From positions 453,950 through 517,949 of the forward strand of contig CAWIWL010000013.1 in NCBI GenBank assembly GCA_963839705.1: 64,000 bases of DNA, written 5' to 3'. Position 1 is the stretch's first letter. Every line of letters begins with the position of its first letter. The translations under genes and the position numbers were made by a program. The stretch comes from an uncultured Acidobacteriota bacterium. GTDB lineage: Bacteria > Acidobacteriota > Vicinamibacteria > Vicinamibacterales > 2-12-FULL-66-21. Positions 10,390 to 19,801 of this stretch are shown piece by piece. The notes below the pieces were generated by a model. It had not been told where the DNA came from. It was given only the letters and a program-made list of their open reading frames with translations, and made no database searches.

Positions 10390-10935
10390 ATGAGACAGCT
10401 CGATCGCGTTCTCGTGGGTATCGCCCTTCTCGGGTTTTGCCTGTCCGCTGTAAATTGCGAGCAGCGCGCAGCGCCGGTGCAGCCGGGAATAGAACTACCG
10501 GATCAATCCAACATGCCATCCTGGGAGGGAGCGTGGAGCATCATCGGCCGAGGGTCGATCGTTGCGAGATTCACTCAGACGTTCACGCCGCTCAAATCCA
10601 GGCTCACCGCTGTCGAAATCGACGTCATGACCGGCAGTCGAGGACGTGGCGGAGACGTCATAACTGTGAGGATCTTGGATGCCAATAGAGAGCTGGCCAC
10701 CGCATCCCGGCCGGTAGAGGAAGGTTTTGACGGCATGCTTCGGTTTGATTTTCCGTCGCCAGGCGTCAGCGTCACACCAGGCTCCCCGTTGCACTTGCTC
10801 GTGGAAGACACCAACAAAGATGTCTTCGGTTGGCGGTACGGCCTGAACACGTATCCGGGCGGAGTTGCGTATTTCAACGGCTCGCCCTGGAACGACGGCG
10901 CCTTCGACTTTCGTTTCAGGACCTACGGATCCTGA
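10390..10935 (+). CDS. Secreted/lipoprotein-like hypothetical protein
   Basis: Signal-like MRQLDRVLVGIALLGFCLSAVNC followed by a beta-rich region (FTQTFTPLKSRLTAVEIDVMTG...LHLLVEDTNKDVFGWRYGL). Confidence 0.65.
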   Translation: MRQLDRVLVGIALLGFCLSAVNCEQRAAPVQPGIELPDQSNMPSWEGAWSIIGRGSIVARFTQTFTPLKSRLTAVEIDVMTGSRGRGGDVITVRILDANRELATASRPVEEGFDGMLRFDFPSPGVSVTPGSPLHLLVEDTNKDVFGWRYGLNTYPGGVAYFNGSPWNDGAFDFRFRTYGS

Positions 10936-10988
10936 GCAGTTTCAACCGTGGTGGAGCCATTGCGTCAACGCTCTGTTTGGAGTGATAC

Positions 10989-12074
10989 ATGAATCGCCGG
11001 CGTCATCATCATCTTCTTCTCCTTGCATCCGTTCTTGTCGCCGCGGTCGCGGTTCACGCGCAGCCCATCGATGAGGTCGTCAAGGGGTGGATGGAGAAAC
11101 AGCACGTGCCCGCCGTGTCCATTGCCGTGATCAAGGACGGCTCTCTGGTCAAGGCGGAGGCGTATGGGTTTGCGGATGTGGAACATCGAGTTCCTGCCCG
11201 GCCCGATACGGTCTTCAAGATTGGATCGGTGAGCAAACAGTTCATTGCTACCGGGATCATGCTGCTCGTTCAGGACGGCCGGATGGCGGTGGGCGACAAG
11301 GTCAGCAAGTACCTGCCAGGGACGCCCGCCACGTGGGAGGCCATCACGATTCGGCATCTGCTCACCCACACCTCCGGCATCGTGCGTGAGGCGCCGGGAT
11401 TCGACCCTTACAAGCTGCAGCCCGAGATCGCCGTCATCGAAACAGCGTATCCGGTTCCGCTACGGTTCACGCCGGGAGAGAGATACGAGTACTGCAACGT
11501 CGGCTACTTTGCACTGGCAGAAGTCATCACAAGAGTCAGCGGAAAACCGTGGGCCGACTTCCTCAGCGAGCGGGTGTTCATTCCGCTGGGCATGACCGCC
11601 ACGCGGGTGACGACGCTCGCGGACATCGTCGCCAACCGCGCCCGGGGCTACGCGTGGAAGGCGGGCACACTGCAGAACGAGGACGACTGGCCGGCGGTGC
11701 GCCCGAGCGGCGCCTTCCTCTCGACCGTACTGGACCTCGCAAAGTGGGAGACGGCGCTGCTCGGTGACCAGGTTCTGAAGGCACCAACCAAGAAGGAAAT
11801 GTGGACGCCGGTGACGCTGAATGACGGGCGAACCTACCCGTATGGATTCGGCTGGCAGCTCGACGACTGGCCCGCCGGTTCTCCGGCTCCGACCGGTGAG
11901 CCGATGATTCGGCACGGAGGGTCGATGAATGGATTCCGGGCAGCCTATTCACGCTGGCCGAGCCGGCGTCTTGCCGTGATAATCCTGACGAATCTCTCTG
12001 ACGCCCCCTACGAAGGTCTGGCAGCAAACATCGCGATCCGGTACGTCCCTGAGCTCAGAACATCGCCGCGCTGA
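10989..12074 (+). CDS. Serine hydrolase, beta-lactamase/class C-like family
   Basis: Signal peptide; FKIGSVSKQFIATGIMLLVQDG (SxxK), YCNVGYFALAEVI (YxN), IRHGGSMNGF. Confidence 0.92.
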   Translation: MNRRRHHHLLLLASVLVAAVAVHAQPIDEVVKGWMEKQHVPAVSIAVIKDGSLVKAEAYGFADVEHRVPARPDTVFKIGSVSKQFIATGIMLLVQDGRMAVGDKVSKYLPGTPATWEAITIRHLLTHTSGIVREAPGFDPYKLQPEIAVIETAYPVPLRFTPGERYEYCNVGYFALAEVITRVSGKPWADFLSERVFIPLGMTATRVTTLADIVANRARGYAWKAGTLQNEDDWPAVRPSGAFLSTVLDLAKWETALLGDQVLKAPTKKEMWTPVTLNDGRTYPYGFGWQLDDWPAGSPAPTGEPMIRHGGSMNGFRAAYSRWPSRRLAVIILTNLSDAPYEGLAANIAIRYVPELRTSPR

Positions 12075-12102
12075 GTTAGTTTAGAGCGTTTTTCATTTGT
12101 CC

Positions 12103-12156
12103 GTAGTGTCCGCCTTTAGGCGGACACGCTGAAGTCCGGCTAAAGCCGGACACTAC
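12103..12156. repeat. REP-like composite palindrome GTAGTGTCCGCCTTTAGGCGGACAC...GTCCGGCTAAAGCCGGACACTAC
   Basis: Two hairpins (GTCCGCC-TTTA-GGCGGAC and GTCCGGC-TAAA-GCCGGAC) nested in GTAGTGTCCG/CGGACACTAC inverted arms. Confidence 0.9.
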
Positions 12157-12201
12157 GCGCTACAAAGTAGTGAGAATCGCTCGAGCCTGCCCGCCGCGAG
12201 G

Positions 12202-13488
12202 TTACACGCCAGTCTTCAGGTATCCTCCCAGCGCGGCCAGCAGCCGATCCACTTCCGTCGGGCTGTTGTAGAAATGCGGGGAGACACGGATGCCGGCGCG
12301 ATCCTGGCCGCCGCGCGTCGTGATCCCGATCTTGTCCTTCTCGTAAAGCGCCGTTGCGAGCTTGTTGGCGTCGAGCGTGCCGGGAAGGAACGACACGACC
12401 GCGGCGCGCAGCTCGGGCGAGGGTGAGGTCCAGACCTTGACGCCGGGCAACTTGCCCAGCCCGGCGACGAGCTGCGTCGCTAGCTGACGTCCTCGCTCCT
12501 CGATCGCGGCGCGTCCGACCTTGTCCTGGAACGCCAATGCCGCGCGGAGCGCGATCATCGTGGCCTCGTCGCGCTGTCCGAAGCCCTCGAACGTCCGCGA
12601 GAAGCCCACCGCTCCGGGATAGGCGCTGTAGATGCTGGGCCAGAGCCGCGCCTGCGCAGTCCTGTTGACGAAGAGCACCCCGCACTCGCGCGCGCCGCAC
12701 GGCCACTTGTGGGCGCTCCCCGAGTAGAAGTCCGGCTGCATGTCACCGAGGTTGACGTCGAGCAGCCCGAAGCTCTGCGCTCCGTCGACGAGCGTCAAGA
12801 CACCGCGCTCGCGCGCGATCCGGCACAGCTCCTTGGCCGGCATCAGATCGCCAACCGTGCTCGAGAGGTGGGTGAAGCAGAGCACCTTCGTCCGCGGAGT
12901 GATGGCGCGCGTGAACGCGTCCGCGTAGTAATCGTGGCCGGGATGCGGGTTCTTCTGCTCGACCGTCACGACCGTGAACCCGAAGCGCCTGCCCTTTTCG
13001 CGCCAGGCGTTGAGGTTGCTCGGGTGGTTGTCCCCATGAACGATGACTTCGTCGCCGGCCTTGAGGTCCAGACCGTTCGACACGAGGTTGTTCGACTCGC
13101 TGGTGTTGCGCGTGATGATGATCTCGTCCGGCGTCACGCGCAGGAACTCCGCGAGCGCCTTGCGCGTGTTCTCCTTCTCCGGGTAGAGCCTGGCGCGATT
13201 GTTCGGCGACGGATCCCGATCGACGCTCTGCGTTTCGCGTTGAAGTGTCTCGAGTGCCGTTCTCGAGGCGGGGCACAGGTTGGCGGCGTTCATCACGGCC
13301 AGCTCGGGCGGCACGACGAACTGGGCGCGCACGCTCGTCCAGAACGTTTCGCCGGCAGACGTGCCTCCGATTGCGAGCGGGCCGCCCGCTGGGGCCTGCT
13401 GCGCCCACGCCGGGTCGCTGAAGAGCGCGGCGGAGCCACCGAGCGCGAAGAGGCGGGCAAAGTTGCGTCGCGAAACCGGCGATGACAT
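12202..13488 (-). CDS. Tat-exported aminotransferase class V-fold PLP-dependent protein
   Basis: SRRNFARLFALGGSAAL Tat-like signal; ITRNTSESNNLVSNGLDL, VLCFTHLSSTVGDLMPAKEL, LVDGAQSFGLLDVNLGDMQPDFYSGSAHKWPCG. Confidence 0.92.
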   Translation of the reverse strand: MSSPVSRRNFARLFALGGSAALFSDPAWAQQAPAGGPLAIGGTSAGETFWTSVRAQFVVPPELAVMNAANLCPASRTALETLQRETQSVDRDPSPNNRARLYPEKENTRKALAEFLRVTPDEIIITRNTSESNNLVSNGLDLKAGDEVIVHGDNHPSNLNAWREKGRRFGFTVVTVEQKNPHPGHDYYADAFTRAITPRTKVLCFTHLSSTVGDLMPAKELCRIARERGVLTLVDGAQSFGLLDVNLGDMQPDFYSGSAHKWPCGARECGVLFVNRTAQARLWPSIYSAYPGAVGFSRTFEGFGQRDEATMIALRAALAFQDKVGRAAIEERGRQLATQLVAGLGKLPGVKVWTSPSPELRAAVVSFLPGTLDANKLATALYEKDKIGITTRGGQDRAGIRVSPHFYNSPTEVDRLLAALGGYLKTGV

Positions 13489-13500
13489 GCTGGAGCCTCC

Positions 13501-14489
13501 GTGACGCGCATTGTAACAGGTGGACTGATACTATCGATTCCCTTGTCGGTCAAAGCCCGGAATCGCCGCGACCATGCGTGGCTTGCATACGCCGCCCTCC
13601 TCGTCGCCATCTCGGGAATTGCGTGGTCGGCGATCTTCATCCGCTGGTCCGACGTTCCGGGACCCTCCTCTGCTTTCTACCGCGTCTTCATCGCGGCGCT
13701 CGTGCTCGTGCCGTGGAGAGTCCTCTCCGCGCTGGTGTCAGCGCGTGAGCGCGCACGGGTTGCCCGCGTCAGCCGGCGGGCGTTCCTGCTGGCGCTCGTT
13801 GGCGGCGTCTTCTTTGGTTTCGACCTCGCCCTCTACAACACCTCCGTGATGCGCACGACGGCGACGACCGCGACGCTATTCGGCAACAACGCGCCGATTT
13901 TTGTTGGCATCGGGACGTGGATTTTTTTCCGGCGGCGGCCGACGCGTAAATTCTGGATCGGCCTGGCGCTCGCGATGTCCGGCGCCGCGATTGTGATGAT
14001 TGCCAACGCCGCGCGGCCTCAGGGCTCGACCGGCGATCTGACTGGTGCGCTCATGTCATTGGGCGCGGCGGCATTCTTCGCCGCCTACCTGCTCGCAACC
14101 GAACACGTGCGCGAGGAAATGGACACATTGACCTTCAGTACGATCGCCGTCGCTGGCAGCGTACTGACGCTGCTCGCCGTGTGCGCGATCGTGGGCGCGC
14201 CTTTGTCAGGTTTCGGCGCGAAACGTGGTTCGCGCTGATGGGCCTTGGCCTGATCTCGCAGCTCGGCGCCTACCTCGGCCTGGCGTACGCGCTCGGACAC
14301 CTTCCGGCCACCATCACGTCGGTCGGCCTCCTTGCGCAAGTGCCGTTGACGGCGATACTGGCGGTGCCGCTGCTCGGCGAGCCGCTCACCATACCCTACC
14401 TGGCGGGTGGCGCGTTGGTTCTTGCGGGGATATATGTGGTGACTCGGGCTCCGTCGGTTGCCGCTCGACAAGACTCAGGGCGAGCCTGA
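13501..14489 (+). CDS. EamA/DMT family transporter (frameshift near 14205-14215)
   Basis: Hydrophobic repeats; ORF 13501..14238 ends VCAIVGAPLSGFG and resumes in another frame as RETWFALMGLGLISQLGAYLGLAYALGHLPATITSVGLLAQVPLTAILAVPLLGEPLT. Confidence 0.85.
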
Positions 14490-14556
14490 GCCAAAATCCA
14501 AGGGTCAACCGTCGGCGATTGATGCGCCGCCGCGAGGTTGCGATGACGGCCCTCGT

Positions 14557-15588
14557 TCAGGCAGATCGCGACTCTGTTGTGACCGTACGCGTGAGCTGGT
14601 CACGCAAGTGCGCGGTGATTTCGTACGAATGCACTCGCGCCGCATGATCGAAGACTTGCGCGGCGATGATGATCTCGTCGGCTTCGGTTCTGGTCAGAAA
14701 GTCGGACAGGCCGCGCCCGACGGTGTCTGGTGAGCCGACGATTGCCGTTCCCAGCACGTGCTGCAACTCCATTCGTTCGAGCGGCGTGAGCGCCGCCTCG
14801 AAACGATCCGGATCGACCGGCGGCGGTACCCGACCCAGTGTGCCCCGGCGGAGCGCGAGAAAAATCTGCTGGTGCGAAGTAAAGAGCCGCCGCGCTTCCT
14901 CGTCGGTGTCTGCCGCGACGACGTTGACGCCGAGCATCAGGTGCGGGCGCTCGAGCGCGCCCGGGACCGTCTGGGGACTGAACTGGCGGCGGTAGATGTC
15001 GATCGCCGACATCATCTGCGCCGGTGCGAAGTGCGACGCGAACGCAAACGGCAGGCCGAGCTCGGCGGCGAGCTGCGCGCCGAACAGACTCGATCCGAGG
15101 ATCCAGATCGGTACGTGCAAACCCGCACCAGGAACCGCTCTGACGCGTTGCCCCGGCGCAGGCTCGCGGAAGAGCGCGATGAGTTCCTGAACATCCTGTG
15201 GGAACGAGTCGACGTTCAGGTGGCGGCGCAGGGCCACCGCCGTCACCTGGTCGCTGCCGGGCGCCCGGCCCAGCCCGAGGTCGATGCGGCCGGGGAAGAG
15301 CGACTCGAGGGTGCCGAACTGTTCGGCGATGACGAGCGGCGAATGGTTGGGCAGCATGATGCCGCCCGCGCCGACTCTGATGGTCGACGTCCCGCCCGCC
15401 ACGTGCGCGATCACGACCGACGTAGCCGCGCTCGCGACGGCCGGCATGTTGTGGTGCTCCGCCAGCCAGTAGCGGTGGTAGCCCCACTGTTCAGCGTGCT
15501 GCGCGAGGTCCAGGCTGTTACGGAACGCCTGGGCGGCGCTGCCGCCCTCGACAATAGGGGCGAGATCGAGGATCGAAAATGGGATCAT
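14557..15588 (-). CDS. LLM class flavin-dependent oxidoreductase (luciferase-like)
   Basis: [113 protein letters not shown]. Confidence 0.95.
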   Translation of the reverse strand: MIPFSILDLAPIVEGGSAAQAFRNSLDLAQHAEQWGYHRYWLAEHHNMPAVASAATSVVIAHVAGGTSTIRVGAGGIMLPNHSPLVIAEQFGTLESLFPGRIDLGLGRAPGSDQVTAVALRRHLNVDSFPQDVQELIALFREPAPGQRVRAVPGAGLHVPIWILGSSLFGAQLAAELGLPFAFASHFAPAQMMSAIDIYRRQFSPQTVPGALERPHLMLGVNVVAADTDEEARRLFTSHQQIFLALRRGTLGRVPPPVDPDRFEAALTPLERMELQHVLGTAIVGSPDTVGRGLSDFLTRTEADEIIIAAQVFDHAARVHSYEITAHLRDQLTRTVTTESRSA

Positions 15589-15804
15589 GTCGTTAGTTGA
15601 GACGTACGCGGCGGGGCTCAGGTCCCCGGCCGGCTGCGAAATGACAGAATAGCTACTCCCGTACTACGGTCCAAGCACGATGGCGACGATGACATGATGT
15701 TCACGATGGATCCGTGGAGTGCTCATCGTGAGCCTCGGCCGTCGGCGCGTTCAAGCTGGCTCTTGGTTCATGAGACAGGTTGTAGTCCTCGGAGGAACGA
15801 TCGA

Positions 15805-17184
15805 ATGACGTCACGAGTGTACCGGCTACTGGGCTGTCTCGGTCTTCTCGCCGCCGTATCGGTCGCGCTCGTGGCGGCTACTGAATCTTCCCAACCACAG
15901 ACATCTTCCCGACACGTCGTGCTCATCAGCCTCGACGGTTTCCCGAGCTGGGCGCTGGATGACCCGTACCTCCCCGTGCCGATGCTGCGCCGGCTGGCCG
16001 CGCGCGGGGCGGTAGCCAGGGGGATGCGGCCGGTGAACCCGACGGTGACATGGCCGAACCACACGACCCTCATCACCGGCGTCACGCCCGCGAAGCACGG
16101 CGTGCTCTTCAACGGCCTGCTCAAGCGCGACCCCGGCGTGCCGCCTCGCGTCGAGCCTTGGCTCCCGCGGGACGAGATGGTGCGCGTCAAGACCCTGTAC
16201 GACATCGCGCACGCACGCGGGATGACGACGGCGCAGGTCGACTGGGTGGCGATTCAAGCGGCGCCGACGGTGACCTGGGAGTTTCCCGAGCGTCCTGCGC
16301 CCGACGGCCAGATCGCGCAGCAGCTCGTCAAGGCCGGTGTTCTCTCGCAGGCGGAGCTCGAGACGTTTGCCACACGCAACATCATCTGGCGCGATCACAT
16401 CTGGACACAGGCGGCGGCGCACATCATCCGCCAGCACAAGCCGAACCTGATGATGTATCACCTGCTCAACCTCGACTCCACCCAGCATCGATACGGTCCG
16501 CGGACGCCCGCGGCGATGACGGCGATGGCGCACCTCGACGCGCAGGTCGCCGAGATCGTGAACGCGGTCGAACAGGCCGGGCTGACCGAGCGCACGACCT
16601 TCCTGGTCGTCTCCGATCACGGGTTCAAGCTGGTCAAGCGGCAAATCAGGCTCAACGCAGCATTCCTGAAGGCCGGCCTGCTCAAGGTTCAGGACGGAAA
16701 GATCGTCCAGTCCGAGGCGTACGTCGTGCCGGAAGGCGGGTCGGCAATCGTTTACTTGACCGTGCCGGATCCAACGGGCGACATCCTCGCTCGTGCCCGG
16801 AAGGCGATGGCCGGCATCGAGGGCATCGACGCCATCATCGAACCTGCCGATTACGGCCGCTTCGGCCTGCCGCTTCCGAGCGTGAACGACCAGATGGGTG
16901 TGTTTTTCATCACACCGAGGGAAGGCTACTCGTTCACGGCCGCAGCAGGGGACGATGTCGTGGTTGATGCGCCGGAGGGAAGTCTCGGCGCGCACGGCTA
17001 CCCGGCGACGGATCCGGACCTGAGCGCCCTCTTCATCGCGGCAGGTGCGGGTATCGCGCCTGGCACGAAGATCGACACGATCGACAATGTCGACGTGGCG
17101 CCGACCATGGCTGACTTACTCGGGTTATCGCTTGGAAACGTCGACGGGCGCGTGTTGCGGGAGATTCTGACACCCAAGCGCTGA
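15805..17184 (+). CDS. Secreted alkaline-phosphatase-superfamily nucleotide pyrophosphatase/phosphodiesterase
   Basis: RBS ggagg before ATG 15805; HVVLISLDGFPSWALDD, VNPTVTWPNHTTLITGVTPAKHGVLFN, LVVSDHGFKLV, GSLGAHGYPATDPDLSALFIAAG. Confidence 0.93.
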   Translation: MTSRVYRLLGCLGLLAAVSVALVAATESSQPQTSSRHVVLISLDGFPSWALDDPYLPVPMLRRLAARGAVARGMRPVNPTVTWPNHTTLITGVTPAKHGVLFNGLLKRDPGVPPRVEPWLPRDEMVRVKTLYDIAHARGMTTAQVDWVAIQAAPTVTWEFPERPAPDGQIAQQLVKAGVLSQAELETFATRNIIWRDHIWTQAAAHIIRQHKPNLMMYHLLNLDSTQHRYGPRTPAAMTAMAHLDAQVAEIVNAVEQAGLTERTTFLVVSDHGFKLVKRQIRLNAAFLKAGLLKVQDGKIVQSEAYVVPEGGSAIVYLTVPDPTGDILARARKAMAGIEGIDAIIEPADYGRFGLPLPSVNDQMGVFFITPREGYSFTAAAGDDVVVDAPEGSLGAHGYPATDPDLSALFIAAGAGIAPGTKIDTIDNVDVAPTMADLLGLSLGNVDGRVLREILTPKR

Positions 17185-17263
17185 GACCTTGTGAAGCAAG
17201 GCGGAGGAGCGCAGCGAGCGAGCCACGCGAGCGGAGCGGGGCGTCGGGGTCCCCGCGAGGGCC

Positions 17264-17317
17264 CGCCTACGCCAAGGCTCCGGCGAGGTCTCGCCGTAGC
17301 GCTTCGCGCGAAGGCGG
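17264..17317 (-). repeat. GC-rich interspersed repeat of about 52 bp (CCGCCTTCGCGCGAAGCGCT...GGCGGAGGCGG family), reverse orientation
   Basis: Reverse complement ccgccttcgcgcgaagcgctacggcgagacctcgccggagccttggcgtaggcg matches copies at 28051 and 29574. Confidence 0.85.
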
Positions 17318-17333
17318 AAGCGTGTAAGGGGGT

Positions 17334-17354
17334 CCGGGGGACGAAGTCCCCCGG
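17334..17354. terminator. Strong hairpin CCGGGGGAC-GAA-GTCCCCCGG between convergent genes
   Basis: Perfect 9-bp stem with 3-nt loop; no U-tract, so the terminator role is inferred from position only. Confidence 0.5.
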
Positions 17355-17373
17355 TGAGAGCTGACCCCGCTTG

Positions 17374-18657
17374 TTACTGTCCGGAGCCGGCAGGCGTCGC
17401 GACGGGCTCGAGCCGCAGGATCCCGCCGGGGTTGGCGTCGACGACGAGATACAGCAGCCCATCGGGGCCCTGGCGGACGTCGCGGATGCGCTGGCGCAGC
17501 GAACCGAGCATCAGTTCGCGTCCGGCGAGGCCTCGCCCGTTCATCCCGACGCGCCAGACACCCGTGCCAGCGAGCGCACCGAGGAAGAACTGACCCTTCC
17601 ACCCGGCGTACTTGTCGCCGCTGTAGATCACCATCCCTGAAAGGCCCGGCGACGGCGCCCAGAACATGAACGGCTGTTCCATGCCTTCTTGAGCGGGCTG
17701 CGGACTGATGACTTCGCCGCTGTACTCGCGGCCGAACGTGATGACGGGCCAGCCGTAGTTCTTGCCCGCCTCGATCAGGTTGAGCTCGTCGCCGCCCTGC
17801 GGGCCGTGTTCGGTGGCCCAGACGGCGCCGGTGTCGGGATGGACGGCGAGCCCCTGAATGTTGCGGTGCCCCCACGTGAAGATCTCGGGCTTGTATCCAG
17901 CCTTGCCCACGAACGGATTGTCGGGAGGCACGGAGCCGTCGTCTTTGAGCCGCAGGATCTTGCCGCCGTGGATGTTGGTGTTCTGCGCGCGGACGCGGTC
18001 GTTGCGCTCGCCGACGCTCATGTAGAGCATGCCGTCCTTGCCGAAGGCGAGCTTCGACCCGAAGTGGACGCCGCCCTGGTTCCAGTTGTCGGTGACGAGC
18101 AGGTCCTTCAGGTCGACGAGCGCCTTGCCGTCGAACCGCCCGCGCGCGAGCGCCGTCGTCCCCTCCTTGTCCTTCCCCTTCGAGTAGGTCAGGTAGACGA
18201 ACTGGTTCTGCGCGAACTGCGGATGGAGGGCGACCTCGAGCAGCCCGCCCTGGCCGACCGCAAACACTTCGGGGATGCCGGCTATCGGCAGAGGGTCGAG
18301 CGCGCCGCCGCGGACGATCCTCAGCTTTCCCGCCTTCTCGGTGACGAGCATGTCGCCGTTCGGCAGGAACGCGAGGCTCCACGGCGTCGCGAGGCCCTTG
18401 ACCAAGGGTACGACGCGCAGCTGACCGCCGAGCGCCTCGACCACCGGGGACCCGTCGGGGAACGGGAGCGAGGGAGGCCGCTGGAACCCGCCTGGGGCCG
18501 GTCCCTGTCGTCCGCCACCCTGTCGTCCGCCTGCCGGAGGCTGAGCCGCGCCGGCGGGCGGTTGCTGCACGGGCGGCGAAGCCATCAAGGCAGCCGCAGC
18601 CAACCCAATTGCCGCCGCTGTCACGCCGAGAGTTGTCTGTTTCATCGATGTCCGCAT
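17374..18657 (-). CDS. PQQ-dependent sugar dehydrogenase (GSDH/Hhip-like beta-propeller), secreted
   Basis: LRVVPLVKGLATPWSLAFLPNGDMLVTEKAGKLRIVRGG...VYLTYSKG...GHRNIQGLAVHPDTGAVWATEHGPQGGDELNLIEAGKNYGWPVITFGREYSG. Confidence 0.94.
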   Translation of the reverse strand: MRTSMKQTTLGVTAAAIGLAAAALMASPPVQQPPAGAAQPPAGGRQGGGRQGPAPGGFQRPPSLPFPDGSPVVEALGGQLRVVPLVKGLATPWSLAFLPNGDMLVTEKAGKLRIVRGGALDPLPIAGIPEVFAVGQGGLLEVALHPQFAQNQFVYLTYSKGKDKEGTTALARGRFDGKALVDLKDLLVTDNWNQGGVHFGSKLAFGKDGMLYMSVGERNDRVRAQNTNIHGGKILRLKDDGSVPPDNPFVGKAGYKPEIFTWGHRNIQGLAVHPDTGAVWATEHGPQGGDELNLIEAGKNYGWPVITFGREYSGEVISPQPAQEGMEQPFMFWAPSPGLSGMVIYSGDKYAGWKGQFFLGALAGTGVWRVGMNGRGLAGRELMLGSLRQRIRDVRQGPDGLLYLVVDANPGGILRLEPVATPAGSGQ

Positions 18658-18703
18658 CTCGATCTCCTGTTGTTCTCGCGAGCTGCCTCGTGACTCTGCC
18701 CGT

Positions 18704-19567
18704 CTACGTCTGCCTGATGCCTCCGAGGACGCCGCGCATGTAGGCGAACGACTGGAGCATTCCCGGCAGCGGATTGTCCACATCGATCTCGTATTCGAGA
18801 CCGACATGACCCGTATAGCCGATCTTGACGAGCGCACGGAAGAGGGCGGGGAAGTCGATGGCGCCCTTCCCGACGATCACCTGGCTGTCACGATCCTTCA
18901 AGTTGCTCAGGTCCTTGACGTGGAGATCGTAGACCCGCTCGTGCAGCTCGAGGATGGCCTTCGTCGGATCGACGCCGGCGCGCCACGTGTGGCCGATGTC
19001 CACGCACAGCCCCATGTGCTTGTCGCGCCCTTTGACGTGCTTGTACACATCGTACGGCGACGGGAAGAACTTGTCCTCGGGGCCGTGATTGTGGATGGCG
19101 ACCTTGATGTCGAACTCCTTCGCCGTCTTCTCCACCGTGTCCAGCGCCTCGAAGCTCGGCGCCGCAACGATGAGCGGCATCCCGGCAAGCTTCGCGTATT
19201 CGAAGTCCTTGCGCACCTGCTCCGCGTCGCTCGGCTGCCAGCTTGGACCCTTCTGCACCCACGTGATGGTGCCGCCGCCCATGATCGTGAAGCCCGCGGC
19301 CTCGGTCTTGGCACGAGCCGCCTTGATCGCCTCGGGCGGATCGGTCCGGGGCAGATGCACATCCTTGAAATTGATGTATCTGACGTCGCAGGCCTTGGCC
19401 ATCTCGAGGGCCTTGTCGAAGGGGAACTTGCGCAGGGAATATGAGGCAACGCCGAGCTTCAGCTGATCGGGGGCCGCAGCCGCTGGCGCCGGCGAGGCAG
19501 CCCGACCGGTTACCTGAGGCAGAATGCTTGCGGCCGCCACCGTCGCCAGGAATTCACGTCGTCTCAT
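18704..19567 (-). CDS. Sugar phosphate isomerase/epimerase (TIM barrel, Tat-like signal)
   Basis: MRRREFLATVAAASILPQ; LGVASYSLRKFPFDKALEMAKACDVRYINFKDVHLP...LCVDIGHTWRAGVDPTKAI...HVGLEYEID. Confidence 0.93.
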   Translation of the reverse strand: MRRREFLATVAAASILPQVTGRAASPAPAAAAPDQLKLGVASYSLRKFPFDKALEMAKACDVRYINFKDVHLPRTDPPEAIKAARAKTEAAGFTIMGGGTITWVQKGPSWQPSDAEQVRKDFEYAKLAGMPLIVAAPSFEALDTVEKTAKEFDIKVAIHNHGPEDKFFPSPYDVYKHVKGRDKHMGLCVDIGHTWRAGVDPTKAILELHERVYDLHVKDLSNLKDRDSQVIVGKGAIDFPALFRALVKIGYTGHVGLEYEIDVDNPLPGMLQSFAYMRGVLGGIRQT

Positions 19568-19680
19568 CGGATTCCCTCCGTGAATGTCATCGAAACCAAC
19601 GCAGCATCATATCGCCTCTCAGAGCTTCGGGGCGATGGGGGACTGTTACGGGCAGCTGGCAGCTGGCTGTTGGTTATTCG

Positions 19681-19778
19681 GGGCTCGGGGATCAGGGATC
19701 AGGAAGATCCTTCCGATCTCGGCCGCACGACTAGGCGCTCAGGGCTCTTGGCCTGATCCCTGATCCCTGATCCCTGAG
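19681..19778. repeat. Inverted pair of heptad arrays (ATCAGGG)n ... (CCCTGAT)n
   Basis: gggctcggggatcagggatcagg ... cctgatccctgatccctgatccctgagcc. Confidence 0.85.
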
Positions 19779-19801
19779 CCTTCGTAATGACATAATGATC
19801 C

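Noticed and set aside
13501-13748. Small overlapping ORFs around the DMT transporter start
   Set aside because: Out-of-frame translations of the transporter coding sequence.
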